Part shown: piece after piece, positions 1 to 9,975 of the stretch | Numbering within the stretch: the stretch's first letter is position 1 | Layout of the letters: each line of letters begins with the position of its first letter | NCBI GenBank assembly: GCA_041742075.1 | Contig: JBGSJJ010000004.1 | Span: 35,900 to 99,899 of the forward strand | DNA: 64,000 nt | Direction of reading: 5' to 3' | Source: Minisyncoccia bacterium | GTDB lineage: Bacteria > Patescibacteriota > Minisyncoccia > Phycocordibacterales > UBA918 | Notes under the pieces: model-generated | Databases searched by the model: none | The model's input: only the letters and a program-made list of their open reading frames with translations | Told to the model about the DNA's origin: nothing | Made by a program: the position numbers and the translations under genes

Positions 1-105
1 TATTGAGCCATACCTGATTCGCCAAGGCCTACTTGAACGTACGCCACGCGGGCGAGTAGCGAGCGCAAGTGCCTATAGCCATTTACGAAATATATAGTTT
101 TAAAT

Positions 106-645
106 ATGTCTGGACATAACAAGTGGTCAAAAATAAAACACAAAAAAGCGGTCACCGACTCACAGAAAAGTAAGATTTTTTCTAAGCACTCAAGTTTGAT
201 TACAATGGAATCACGCAATGCCGGCGGTGATGTCTCTTCACCCACATTAGCGGCCGCTATCATTCGAGCGAAGCAAGACTCAATGCCAAAAGAGAATATT
301 GACCGTGCTGTGGCGAAGGGGGCTGGAGCTGAGAGTGCCTCACTTCAGTCGGTTCTGTTTGAAGCTTATGGGCCAGGCGGTGTAGCTATACTCATAACTG
401 CAGTAACAGACAATAACAACCGCACGAGTCAGGAGGTACGAAGTATCTTCACTAAATCAGGACTACTACTTGGCGCGCCAGGTTCGGCTCAGTGGGCGTT
501 TTCGAAAACTTTAGCTGGGTATGTTCCGCAAAATCCAACTGAACTAAATGACGAGGACGGAGAAAAACTAGCCCTCTTGATAGAGAAACTCGAAGATAAC
601 GATGACGTACAAGAGGTGTTCACGTCAGCTGATACACCTGACTAG
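106..645 (+). CDS. YebC/PmpR-family DNA-binding regulator (short form, 179 aa)
   Basis: N-terminus MSGHNKWSKIKHKKA...GGD...NIDRAVAKGAG and central EAYGPGGVAILI...TDN.NRT...VR match YebC family conserved blocks; acidic C-terminal end. Followed by hairpin terminator. Confidence 0.7.
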   Translation: MSGHNKWSKIKHKKAVTDSQKSKIFSKHSSLITMESRNAGGDVSSPTLAAAIIRAKQDSMPKENIDRAVAKGAGAESASLQSVLFEAYGPGGVAILITAVTDNNNRTSQEVRSIFTKSGLLLGAPGSAQWAFSKTLAGYVPQNPTELNDEDGEKLALLIEKLEDNDDVQEVFTSADTPD

Positions 646-659
646 TGAAATGCCTCATT

Positions 660-690
660 AAAAACCTTTCATTCGAATGAAAGGTTTTTA
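660..690 (+). terminator. rho-independent terminator (perfect palindrome AAAACCTTTCATTCG/CGAATGAAAGGTTTT followed by T-run)
   Basis: Read directly from the sequence 12 nt downstream of the yebC-like stop codon. Confidence 0.6.
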
Positions 691-770
691 CCTGGAGTGT
701 TAAAAAGGGTTTTAAGAGTCAAACCTGAAACTGTTTTGAAAACAGCTAACTATGCTATCCTTGATTCATT

Positions 771-1244
771 ATGAAAGTCCTCGGGATTGACCCTGGCTAC
801 GACCGGATGGGGGTGGCGGTGCTAGAAAAACAAGACGGGCGTGAAGTCCTCTTGCACTCAGACTGTATTTTGACGAATAAAAACCTAGCATTATCAGAGC
901 GTTTGTTTACGCTCGGTACTGAACTGTCAGCATTACTTGAAAAACACAGACCTGAAGCTGTGGCAGTTGAAACATTGTTTTTTAATAAAAACATCAAAAC
1001 CGCAATAGGTGTAGCGGAAGCGCGCGGTATCATTGTGTATCTCGCTAAGAAGTTTGGTTGTGTTGTCTATGAGTATGGACCACAAGAAATAAAGGTCGCG
1101 GTAACTGGATATGGTAACAGTGACAAAACGGCGGTTATTATGATGGTAAAAAAACTAGTTGAAAACGTTCCAGAAACTGCCCTCGATGACGAATACGATG
1201 CGATTGCGGTTGGTATAACTGCCCTTGCTCACAATCCTAACTAA
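771..1244 (+). CDS. ruvC: crossover junction endodeoxyribonuclease RuvC (Holliday junction resolvase)
   Basis: 157 aa; MKVLGIDPGY...GVAVLE start typical of RuvC with catalytic Asp in GIDPG; size matches. Confidence 0.85.
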   Translation: MKVLGIDPGYDRMGVAVLEKQDGREVLLHSDCILTNKNLALSERLFTLGTELSALLEKHRPEAVAVETLFFNKNIKTAIGVAEARGIIVYLAKKFGCVVYEYGPQEIKVAVTGYGNSDKTAVIMMVKKLVENVPETALDDEYDAIAVGITALAHNPN

Positions 1245-1331
1245 GATATACTCCGAGGCGTAGAACGTATCTTGCATAAAAGTAAATCGTCTGCTACAAC
1301 ATACACACAGTAATTTATCATAAATGTATAT

Positions 1332-1604
1332 ATGATCTTTTTTGGATTTAAATCAGACGATGAAGAAGAGGAAGAAGCTGAGGATGCAACACTTGATGAT
1401 GACATTCTTGATGAATTAGCCGAACCCGAAGCAGAGGAAGAAGTAGATCCACTGGCTGAAGGTTTTGGGGAGCTTCCGGTAGAAGAAGAGGAGGCTATCG
1501 GTAAAGCTTCAGAAGAGGATGAGGACGGAGAAACTGAAGAGGAACTAGAGGACGACGCAGAGGATGTAGATTTTGATAGCTTTGATGATGTAGATGAGAT
1601 GTAA
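1332..1604 (+). CDS. hypothetical small highly acidic (D/E-rich) protein
   Basis: 90-aa ORF almost entirely Asp/Glu. Its mirror-image Ser-rich ORF lies on the opposite strand, so only one can be real. Lies between ruvC and a bidirectional terminator. No clear RBS. Confidence 0.25.
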   Translation: MIFFGFKSDDEEEEEAEDATLDDDILDELAEPEAEEEVDPLAEGFGELPVEEEEAIGKASEEDEDGETEEELEDDAEDVDFDSFDDVDEM

Positions 1605-1685
1605 GACTGTCGCTGTCGCAAGCTCCAGCGAACCAGGCAGTCTTTCTGGCTAATGATGTCGCCTCCGCGACTCATATTTGAACGA

Positions 1686-1720
1686 TATAAAACACCTCAC
1701 TCTCGTGAGGTGTTTTATAT
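1686..1720. terminator. bidirectional hairpin terminator between acidic ORF (+) and tyrS (-)
   Basis: ATAAAACACCTCAC-TCTC-GTGAGGTGTTTTAT, with A/T runs on both sides. Confidence 0.55.
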
Positions 1721-1737
1721 CTATACCAGTAAACTTA

Positions 1738-2982
1738 CTACAAGTGTAGTTCAACCACTACTCGTAACTTTTTACCGCGTTTAAGAAGAATAGTCTGCCC
1801 GACAACATCCTTAGAAAACACATACGAAACATCAGTAATTACCTCATCGTTCACTGCCACCGCCCCACTCTCAACAAAGGTACGCGCCTCACGCTTACTG
1901 GTGGCAAGCTCTGCTTCCACTAGTGCATCAACAATACCAACACCAAAGGACATGGTTTTTGTGGGTGCATTTTTCTTTAACAACTCTAGTTCACTCATCT
2001 GTAGGTCCTTAAGAGGTACCGTACCAAACAATGCCTCAGTCACTCGTACTACTGATTCAGCTGAGTCAGCGCCGTGAACAAAGGCCACTACTTCTTTGGC
2101 GAGAATATTTTGAGCTAAACGTGTTTCAGGCGCTAGTTGATGCTTCTGCTCAATATCAGCAATTTCGGTTAGTGAGAGAAAAGTAAAAAGTTTTAAGTAA
2201 TCAATCACACTCGCGTCATCAGTGTTGAGCCAGAACTGGTAAAGTTCATAGGGAGAAGTCTTTTCGGCATCGAGCCAAACTGCGTTTCCTATACTTTTGC
2301 CAAATTTTTTCCCGGTAGTTTTATCAACTACAAGCGCCATTGTGAGTGCAAACACCGTATGGCCGGTAACTTTTCGAATATAGTCTACTCCTGAAATAAG
2401 ATTTCCCCACTGATCGGAACCACCAATCTGTAAATCGCAACCATAGGTAGTGTGAAGATGATAATAATCATAACTCTGAAGAAGTGCGTATGAGAACTCA
2501 GTATATGAAATACCCTGCTCACTTTGCATACGAGCAGATACCGCATCTTTTTTAATCATAGCGTTCACGGTAAAATGCTTACCTACGTTTCGTAAGTACT
2601 CAAACAATGAAAGCTTGGTAAGCCAATCGTAATTATTTACAAACGTAATGTCTCCAGTAGTAAGTTTTTTTATACCAACTTCCATCTCTTTCGCTTGCGC
2701 ACTAATGGTCTCTATTTCAGCTAGGGGACGTTCGGTATCTCGTCCGCCAGGGTCACCGATAAGCGCAGTTCCACCCCCAATAAGGAGATACACCTTGTGT
2801 CCAGCCTTAAGTAAGTGGTTAAGGAGCATGAATGGCACAAGGTTACCAACATGAATTGAGGTAGCTGTTGGGTCAATTCCGAGGTAAACGGTTCGTTTTT
2901 CTCCATCAAGAATCTCTCCTAAATCGTCGGTGGAAAACTGATAAACGAAACCACGCGCTTGAAGCTCTTCAGATAATTTCAT
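1738..2982 (-). CDS. tyrS: tyrosyl-tRNA synthetase
   Basis: 414 aa; class I HIGH-type motif (HVGN), KMSKS-type motif (KFGKS), C-terminal S4-like region. Confidence 0.9.
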   Translation of the reverse strand: MKLSEELQARGFVYQFSTDDLGEILDGEKRTVYLGIDPTATSIHVGNLVPFMLLNHLLKAGHKVYLLIGGGTALIGDPGGRDTERPLAEIETISAQAKEMEVGIKKLTTGDITFVNNYDWLTKLSLFEYLRNVGKHFTVNAMIKKDAVSARMQSEQGISYTEFSYALLQSYDYYHLHTTYGCDLQIGGSDQWGNLISGVDYIRKVTGHTVFALTMALVVDKTTGKKFGKSIGNAVWLDAEKTSPYELYQFWLNTDDASVIDYLKLFTFLSLTEIADIEQKHQLAPETRLAQNILAKEVVAFVHGADSAESVVRVTEALFGTVPLKDLQMSELELLKKNAPTKTMSFGVGIVDALVEAELATSKREARTFVESGAVAVNDEVITDVSYVFSKDVVGQTILLKRGKKLRVVVELHL

Positions 2983-3067
2983 ATAGGCACTATACCACAG
3001 CTATTATGACTGTATATATAGACAACTCATGCTACTATGGCCATAGTAGCCAACTTAGAACGAAGGT

Positions 3068-5338
3068 ATGAAGTATATAAAGAAGTATTTTAAAAAAGCA
3101 AAACGGTTTGTAAAACAACATGGTTTGGACCTCTTAATTGACGGCTTAATCGTGCTGTTTGTGGCTGGTTTAGTGATAGCCGGTGGTCTATTTATTTGGA
3201 TATCCACTCTAGAAATCCCTGACCTGTCTGCTTTTGAACAACGTCGCATTCTTCAGTCAACAAAAATCTATGACCGCACCGGAGAAGTTCTCCTTTATGA
3301 CCTCCACCAAGATGTGCGCCGGACAATTGTACCGTTTGAAGAAATCTCCTATCATATTAAAAATGCTTCCGTCGCAATTGAGGATGCAAATTTTTATAGT
3401 CACTATGGTATATCACCACGCGGTATTCTTCGCGCCGCTTTTTCTAACTTAGGTGAAGGTGACCTTTTGGGTGGTCAAGGTGGTTCTACTATTACTCAAC
3501 AGGTTATTAAAAACTCTATTCTTGAACAGGAAAAGCGTCTCACTAGAAAAGTGAAGGAGGCAATTCTGGCACTTAAAATTGAGCGGGTATTAACTAAAGA
3601 CGAAATTCTTTCGTACTACCTCAACGAATCTCCGTATGGCGGTACTATTTATGGCGTCGAGGAAGCTAGTCAAGCCTATTTTGGTAAAAGTTCTAAAGAT
3701 ATAACCCTCCCTGAAGCTGCTTACTTAGCTTCTCTTCCCCAAGCACCTACCTACCTATCACCTTATGGAGAAAATAAAGACGCCCTTGATGTCCGTCAGA
3801 AGCGCGTTTTAACCCGCATGAAAGAGCTAAACTTCATCACAGAAGAAGAATATAATTCCGCATCAAACACAGTGGTTGAATTCCAGCCTCAAGTATTAAG
3901 TGGCATTCGTGCTCCGCACTTTGTGATGTATATCAAAGAGCAGTTAGAAGAGAAGTACGGGGAGGAAGCGCTAGCCGAAAAAGGCTACCGAATTATTACC
4001 ACTCTTGACTATGAACTACAGGCTGAGGCGGAACGTATTGTAAAAGAAAAAGCGCTTGAAAACGTTACTAAGTTCAACGCCAGTAATGCCGGACTCGTTG
4101 CTATTAACCCACAAACTGGCGACATATTAACCATGGTAGGTTCGAGAGACTACTTTGATGAGGAAATTGATGGAAACTTCAACGTGACCCTGGCTAAACG
4201 ACAACCTGGTTCATCTATAAAGCCCTATGTATATGCCTCAGCTTTTGCTAAAGGCTATCGTCCAGAAACAATTGTCTTTGACCTTCCAACTCAGTTTAGT
4301 ACCGCTTGTGAACCATGGGATACCAGTAATGAGAACCCCTGCTACGCTCCAAAAAACTATAACAACATTTTCGTCGGCCCAATTAGTTTGCGTAATGCCC
4401 TCGCTCAGTCACTCAACATACCGGCAGTAAAAGTACTTTATTTAACTGGTCTTAAAGACGCCATTAAACTAACGTCTGACTTAGGTATAACAACTTTAAA
4501 TGACCCTGACCGACTGGGGCTTACGCTTGTGCTTGGTGGTGGTGAAGTAACCTTACTTGAACACACTGGTGGCTATGGTGTGTTTGCCAACGAAGGTGTT
4601 CGAGCTGACAGACGAAGTATTTTACGCATTGAAGACATTAATGGAAACGTACTTGAAGAACCAAAAGAAGTTACCACAAGAGTATTAGACCGAGATGTGG
4701 CCCTTATGATTTCAGACATACTTTCAGACAACAACGCCCGTACACCTCTCTGGGGAAACTACTCGCAAGTATTTTTTGGAGAGCGTGATGTCGCTGTTAA
4801 GTCAGGTAGTACCAACAACTCACGTGATGCCTGGATTATGGGATACACACCTAACCTCGCGGTTGGGGTATGGGTTGGTAATAATGACAATGCACCAATG
4901 AATGGTCTTTCCGGCTTAATCGCAACGCCGATGTGGCGACAATTTCTTGATATTGCTATTACAAAGATTGAAGATCAATCATTTCCCGAACCACCACCAC
5001 CAGATCCTAACTTAAAACCAATTCTTCGAGGTGCTATTATGGATCCGACGTTTATGCTTTCACAAGTTCAAGCTGGAAGTAGTTCACTTGACATAGCTGG
5101 TATAACTGACAACATCCACTCAATTCTTCACTTTGTTGATCGGTCTGATCCTACTGGACCATATCCAACCAATCCCGGCCGAGATGGTCAATATGAATAT
5201 TGGGAGTATAGTGTACAAAAATGGAAAGAATCTACGTATGGAGCACTTTTGGAATCAGTAAAAGCCGAGGAAACAATTAAAGAGGATGAAGAAGAGGAAG
5301 ATCCAGAACCTACACCACGCAGTAGAAGGTCTAGATAA
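3068..5338 (+). CDS. class A penicillin-binding protein (bifunctional glycosyltransferase/transpeptidase, PBP1A-like)
   Basis: 756 aa; N-terminal TM helix; GT51 motifs (EDANFYSHYGISPRGILRA, GGSTITQQ); transpeptidase region with SxxK-like STNN..KSG; acidic C-terminal tail. Confidence 0.85.
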   Translation: MKYIKKYFKKAKRFVKQHGLDLLIDGLIVLFVAGLVIAGGLFIWISTLEIPDLSAFEQRRILQSTKIYDRTGEVLLYDLHQDVRRTIVPFEEISYHIKNASVAIEDANFYSHYGISPRGILRAAFSNLGEGDLLGGQGGSTITQQVIKNSILEQEKRLTRKVKEAILALKIERVLTKDEILSYYLNESPYGGTIYGVEEASQAYFGKSSKDITLPEAAYLASLPQAPTYLSPYGENKDALDVRQKRVLTRMKELNFITEEEYNSASNTVVEFQPQVLSGIRAPHFVMYIKEQLEEKYGEEALAEKGYRIITTLDYELQAEAERIVKEKALENVTKFNASNAGLVAINPQTGDILTMVGSRDYFDEEIDGNFNVTLAKRQPGSSIKPYVYASAFAKGYRPETIVFDLPTQFSTACEPWDTSNENPCYAPKNYNNIFVGPISLRNALAQSLNIPAVKVLYLTGLKDAIKLTSDLGITTLNDPDRLGLTLVLGGGEVTLLEHTGGYGVFANEGVRADRRSILRIEDINGNVLEEPKEVTTRVLDRDVALMISDILSDNNARTPLWGNYSQVFFGERDVAVKSGSTNNSRDAWIMGYTPNLAVGVWVGNNDNAPMNGLSGLIATPMWRQFLDIAITKIEDQSFPEPPPPDPNLKPILRGAIMDPTFMLSQVQAGSSSLDIAGITDNIHSILHFVDRSDPTGPYPTNPGRDGQYEYWEYSVQKWKESTYGALLESVKAEETIKEDEEEEDPEPTPRSRRSR

Positions 5339-5618
5339 TGTCTTTAGGGGCATTCTGTGCCCCTAGACGACCCTTCAAATGAGTAAGGATATCTTTCTTA
5401 TGTAAAATAATTTCAGACTTTAGTGGTCCTGAAATAGTTATATAGAGTATCTTTGCGTTTGTGTTATACCTAATACTCTCTTTTTTTACTTCATATTGAA
5501 GAATATCAACAATAACCTCAATCGTAGTATTTATTACCGTTGATTGTGGTGCTTTTAAAATAGTTGTGTACTTATCAAAAAGATTTTGTATCTTCTTAAT
5601 ACCACCACCTCGCGTCAT
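5331..5618 (-). CDS. small hypothetical protein downstream of dnaN, possibly DUF721/DciA-like
   Basis: 95 aa; position immediately after dnaN; weak resemblance to the DUF721 pattern (..G.L.v.v.s....EL.....il..L). Assignment tentative. Confidence 0.3.
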   Translation of the reverse strand: MTRGGGIKKIQNLFDKYTTILKAPQSTVINTTIEVIVDILQYEVKKESIRYNTNAKILYITISGPLKSEIILHKKDILTHLKGRLGAQNAPKDII

Positions 5619-5619
5619 A

Positions 5620-6711
5620 CTATTTATTCATTGGCATTACTAAGTAACGAAGGGAAGAATCATGAACTCCTTCAATTACCATCGGTCGACCAATTCCAGC
5701 AAAGTGCATAATAATACTTTCGTCGGCAATAAAACTAAGTGGTTCAGAAACATACCGTTGGTTAAAGTTTAAAGCTAAATCTTCCCCCTCTGTCTGAGCT
5801 GGAATTGATTCTATTGTTGTACCAACTTCGCCACTGGTAGAAGTAATAATACATTCCCGACTTGAAACACTAATTCCGACTTGCATGAATTTATTTAAAA
5901 AGATATTTGTCTTTTTAAATGAATTTATAAGGTCATTTTTAAGTAATGTGGTGTGAGAACAATATTCCTTTGGAATAATTTGCTGATAATCAGGAAATGA
6001 ACCACTTATAAGACGTGAGGTTATATATATATCACTAAACGTTAACGAACATTGATTTTCATTGGTTTTAAATTCTGGATCACCTTCAAGTAAGTCACAC
6101 ACACGAGCCAACTCTAGGGCATTTTTTTGTGGAATAAGTATTGAATCAGTAAGAATTAAACCATTTTGAGAGACCGTCTTTTCCATTAAACGGAAAGAAT
6201 CTGTCGCCACAAAAGTTAGAGTGTGTTCTTTTTTTTGTAATATATACACACTACCTAACTCAGGTTTAATAGAAGATTGACTCGCGGCAAAAGCAGCAGT
6301 TTTTATACCGAGGGAAAATAGTGAACGATTTATCTTTTGTCCCGTACCATCTACTTTTGGAATTCCTGGAAATTCACTCTCAGGGATAGTTTTAATATTT
6401 GAAGTAGAACCATTACCTTCTATAACTAAAGTAGTTCCTTCAACCTTAAGGGTAATTTCTTTTTGGTTCATATACTGAACCGTTTGAATTAAAGTTTGAG
6501 CTGGTACTGCCACAATTCCCTCTTTAATTACCTTTGGCTTTAGAGTAGCTTCAATTCCTATCTCTAAGTTAGTTGCTGTTAGAACCAACGTATCACCAGA
6601 CACCTTTAAGAGAACACATTGAAGTACTGGGAGTGTCACATGTTTTGTACTTACCTTCCCTACTAATTCTAATTTTTCAAGTAAGTGTATTCTCTCAAGT
6701 GTTATGTGCAT
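5620..6711 (-). CDS. dnaN: DNA polymerase III beta subunit (sliding clamp)
   Basis: 363 aa; MHITLERIHLLEKL...VLLKVSGDTLVLTATNLEIGIE N-terminus typical of DnaN; directly downstream of dnaA. Confidence 0.9.
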   Translation of the reverse strand: MHITLERIHLLEKLELVGKVSTKHVTLPVLQCVLLKVSGDTLVLTATNLEIGIEATLKPKVIKEGIVAVPAQTLIQTVQYMNQKEITLKVEGTTLVIEGNGSTSNIKTIPESEFPGIPKVDGTGQKINRSLFSLGIKTAAFAASQSSIKPELGSVYILQKKEHTLTFVATDSFRLMEKTVSQNGLILTDSILIPQKNALELARVCDLLEGDPEFKTNENQCSLTFSDIYITSRLISGSFPDYQQIIPKEYCSHTTLLKNDLINSFKKTNIFLNKFMQVGISVSSRECIITSTSGEVGTTIESIPAQTEGEDLALNFNQRYVSEPLSFIADESIIMHFAGIGRPMVIEGVHDSSLRYLVMPMNK

Positions 6712-7070
6712 ATTATTTTTATTTTTAAATTTATTTGTCCGTACTATTAGGGGTGTGGATGTGTGGAAAAGTAGATTTCAGAGTGAGCTATATAGTTTTA
6801 ATTTTATACAAACAGCTATTCTAAGGTGTATAAGACTGTGAGTGGTTAGGTTTCGTTTGGGGATAGAAAAGAAAATTTGAACTACTACTGTGTATAGTAG
6901 TGTACCTATCAGTAGGTTATCCGTATACTGTACACCGGATAAGGTTATTGTATATACATTAAAACCACTTTACTACCCCTACTAATACGCTAGTTTTACA
7001 CAGATTTTCCCCACGTAAACAAACTATGAATACAAATAAAAATACTGGCTTAAAGCCAGTATTTTTATAA
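6712..7070. promoter_or_regulatory. dnaA-dnaN intergenic region with DnaA-box-like 9-mers (possible second origin cluster / dnaN promoter)
   Basis: TGTGGATGT (6754-6762), TGTGGAAAA (6762-6770), TTATCCGTA (about 6917), CCGGATAAGG (about 6944); 359-bp AT-rich non-coding. Confidence 0.35.
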
Positions 7071-8453
7071 TTATTTAAGAAGGAGGCGAATTTGTGTAAT
7101 CTCTTCTTCAAGCTCATTGTTCCCCTTTAAATCATTCTTTATCTTTTCACATGAGTGAATGACGGTGGTATGGTCTCGACCACCTAGTTTTTGACCAATA
7201 GCTGGGTATGAGACTTGAAAATCTTCCCGGAGAATATACATAATAAGTTGACGAGGTTTTACAATTTCTTTTCGCCTTGTCTTCTCATAAATTGAAGATG
7301 GATCAATTTCATAGTAGCGAGCAATTTTTTCTACTACATCAGAAACAGCTAAAGTTTTTCGTGGGCGGGTGCTGTTTTTAATAATAACCTTTACTTCCTC
7401 GAGTGAAAGTGAACGGCCAAGTAGTTGGGACTGGCACATAATGGTATTGAGTGCCCCTTCGAGTTCTCGAATGTTGCCTTCGATGGTAAAGGCGAGATGG
7501 TCAATTACTTCATCGATGAGGGTAATACCATTTTGTGCTGCTTTGGCCCTTAGAATAGCCCCTCTTGATTCGATATCCGGTGCTGGTATATCGACAATCA
7601 TTCCTTGAGCAAAGCGTGATTGAAGACGTTCAGCTAATCCAGAAAGAAGGGCGGGATGAATGTCACTTGAAAATACAATTTGCTTATTGTTATCATGGAG
7701 TGCATTAAAAAGATGAAACAATTCCTCCTGAGTTTTTTCCTTATTAGCGAGAAACTGTACATCATCCATGATAAGAACGTCATACTGACGATACTTATCT
7801 TTAAAACTATTAGCCGTGCCGTTTTGAAGGCTATTAAAGTAGTCGACAGTAAAGCGTTCACTGGTTACATAAAAAACTTTCTTTCCAGACCGCTTAAGGT
7901 GATTACCGACTGCTTGGATAAGGTGGGTTTTACCATGACCAGTTTTTCCGTAAATAAAAAGTGGATTGTATGAGATGCCCGGTTTTTCACTGACGGTCTT
8001 AGCAGCTGCATGAGCAAGAGCGTTAAAAGGTCCAACTACAAATGAATTAAAGGCATATTTAGGATTGAGGTTGTCACTTTTGTTGATGTAGTATTCCTCA
8101 AGTGGGAGGGCTGCATTTACCGTCATCGATTTAGAAGTTTCTTTTCGCTTGTCACTTCTTTGTATGACAACGTACTCAATACTTCGTACGTGTGGGGTAA
8201 GGTCACGCAGTACTTTTAGAATCATGGACTGAAACTTATCAGATAGCCAATCTCTCACAAAGACACTAGGTACGCCAAGAGAAATGGTTCCGTCTTCAAG
8301 TGAGCTAATATGGGTGTCTCTAAACCAAGTCTTAAAGTTGGCAGGAGTGATTGAAAGTTCAATAGTAACAAGCGCATCATCCCACAATTTTTTAACATCA
8401 ATCTGTTCTGTATGTATGATTGTGTTTGATGTGGGATGAGAAATTGGATTCAT
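7071..8453 (-). CDS. dnaA: chromosomal replication initiator protein DnaA
   Basis: 460 aa; AAA+ Walker A GKTGHGKTHL, Walker B VLIMDDVQF, C-terminal HTH DNA-binding domain. Confidence 0.95.
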   Translation of the reverse strand: MNPISHPTSNTIIHTEQIDVKKLWDDALVTIELSITPANFKTWFRDTHISSLEDGTISLGVPSVFVRDWLSDKFQSMILKVLRDLTPHVRSIEYVVIQRSDKRKETSKSMTVNAALPLEEYYINKSDNLNPKYAFNSFVVGPFNALAHAAAKTVSEKPGISYNPLFIYGKTGHGKTHLIQAVGNHLKRSGKKVFYVTSERFTVDYFNSLQNGTANSFKDKYRQYDVLIMDDVQFLANKEKTQEELFHLFNALHDNNKQIVFSSDIHPALLSGLAERLQSRFAQGMIVDIPAPDIESRGAILRAKAAQNGITLIDEVIDHLAFTIEGNIRELEGALNTIMCQSQLLGRSLSLEEVKVIIKNSTRPRKTLAVSDVVEKIARYYEIDPSSIYEKTRRKEIVKPRQLIMYILREDFQVSYPAIGQKLGGRDHTTVIHSCEKIKNDLKGNNELEEEITQIRLLLK

Positions 8454-8669
8454 ACAGAAACTTAGAACTTAGTAGAATGCATTATACGCTTCTCCCAAAA
8501 ACTGTAAACTTTTTTTTAAAATGTTGTCTGTTTTAGGTATGATTTTTTTTGCAACTATCAATTTCTGTGTATAAACTGTGTATAACAAGTTTGAGGAAAT
8601 AAAATATAGGCATACCTTGTCAAATATTGATACTAGTGTATATTAATCCGGTAATAAATACCCAGTTAT
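8454..8669. promoter_or_regulatory. candidate oriC / divergent dnaA and rpmH promoter region
   Basis: Two identical DnaA-box-like 9-mers TGTGTATAA (8566-8574, 8577-8585; one mismatch to TGTGGATAA) spaced one helical turn apart; long T/A runs (possible DNA-unwinding element, DUE); classic rpmH/dnaA divergent context. Confidence 0.45.
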
Positions 8670-8819
8670 ATGTCTAAACGAACCTATCAACCAAGTAAGC
8701 GAAAGCGCGCCACCACTCATGGTTTTTTGGTGCGATCTGCTACAAAAGCCGGAGCCGGTGTCCTTCGGGCCCGTCGCCGAAAAGGCCGAGCGCAATTGAC
8801 GGTAAAGAAGAGCGCTTAA
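8670..8819 (+). CDS. rpmH: 50S ribosomal protein L34
   Basis: 49-aa [52 protein letters not shown] (below the ORF-track size cut-off) matches the L34 consensus (MKRT.QPS.RKR...HGFR.RM.T..GR.VL..RR.KGR..L). Confidence 0.85.
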   Translation: MSKRTYQPSKRKRATTHGFLVRSATKAGAGVLRARRRKGRAQLTVKKSA

Positions 8820-8856
8820 ACACTGGTTATTTTATTTCCGTGTATACTAGACGGAT

Positions 8857-9174
8857 ATGTTGGCTAAGAAAGAACGATTAAACCGAACTGCGTTTGATCG
8901 TTTTTTTGTATCGGGTAAGCGCTACAATAGCCCCTATTTTCAACTGATTTATACCCCTTATAAAAACTTCCATGGGTCGGTGGTGGTGGGAAAAAAAGTC
9001 TACAAAAAAGCCGTTCTCCGTAACCGTCTCCGCCGGCAGGTGTATGGTGTGTTGTATCGAAATAAGACAACCTTAAAGATAGGAGTCTATATTTGTATAG
9101 CAAAACCAGCCAGCACTTCCCTACTTAAAGGTACCATAATTATTGAACTAGAAAAATTACTCAAGCAGATGTAG
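8857..9174 (+). CDS. rnpA: ribonuclease P protein component
   Basis: 105 aa basic protein directly after rpmH; LNRTAFDRFF...RNRLRR pattern of RnpA. Confidence 0.85.
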   Translation: MLAKKERLNRTAFDRFFVSGKRYNSPYFQLIYTPYKNFHGSVVVGKKVYKKAVLRNRLRRQVYGVLYRNKTTLKIGVYICIAKPASTSLLKGTIIIELEKLLKQM

Positions 9175-9246
9175 AGGTTTTCGACAGTCCCCTCGTTTCG
9201 AGGTAGAATAGCTAAATTACACAAGATTCCTACCCCTTTAACTTTT

Positions 9247-9975
9247 ATGTTCAGTTTTATTTGGCACACATTTTTCTTTGACCCAATTTACAATGGTCTC
9301 GTCTTTTTTATAGATGTTATACCAGGTGGTGACGTGGGTTTGGCTATTATTTTTATTACAATACTCGTGAAAGTTATCTTATTACCTCTGTCTATAAAAG
9401 CAGCTAAAACTCAGGTCGTGATGCGGGAGATTGAACCAAAACTTAAAGAACTTAAAGAAAAAATTACTGACAGACAAGAACAAGCAAAAGCCATGATGCT
9501 TCTGTATAAAGAATCAGGCATTAATCCCTTCGCCAGTATCATCCTCGTTTTTTTACAGATACCGATTTTAATTGCCCTCTACTTAGCTCTTTCAAAAGGA
9601 GGTGGTGTACCACTACCGGCTATTAATACAGATATTTTATATACCTTTATTCCTAATCCAGAATCAGCCTCAATGCTTTTCTTAGGTATTCAAGATATAA
9701 CCCTTCGCAGTTTACCCCTAGCGCTCTTAGCGAGTGTATTTCAGTTCATTCATGGCTCACTTACTATCCCAAAAGCTACACCACGTGACCCGAATGTCCC
9801 ACTAACCCTTAAAGAAGACTTTACGCGTAACATGCACCTTCAGATGCGCTATGTGATGCCGATAATTATTTTCTTTGCGGGGTATACAATCTCAGCGGCG
9901 CTCGCACTTTATTTTGCTATCAGCGCTCTGATGGCGATTGGAACAGAGTTTATCGTGAGACGCTACCGAAACTAA
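9247..9975 (+). CDS. yidC: membrane protein insertase YidC/Oxa1 family (short Gram-positive-like form)
   Basis: 242 aa, multi-TM; follows rnpA; conserved LPL..K/ Q..M..I.P...EL segment. Confidence 0.85.
   Translation: MFSFIWHTFFFDPIYNGLVFFIDVIPGGDVGLAIIFITILVKVILLPLSIKAAKTQVVMREIEPKLKELKEKITDRQEQAKAMMLLYKESGINPFASIILVFLQIPILIALYLALSKGGGVPLPAINTDILYTFIPNPESASMLFLGIQDITLRSLPLALLASVFQFIHGSLTIPKATPRDPNVPLTLKEDFTRNMHLQMRYVMPIIIFFAGYTISAALALYFAISALMAIGTEFIVRRYRN

Noticed and set aside
797-1033. 78-aa minus-strand ORF inside ruvC
   Set aside because: It is antisense to a well-supported conserved gene and is probably spurious.
3055-3249. Short ORFs overlapping tyrS/PBP1A boundaries (2648-2854, 2868-3071, 3055-3249, 3234-3452)
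   Set aside because: They are embedded in or antisense to strongly supported genes and have no motifs.
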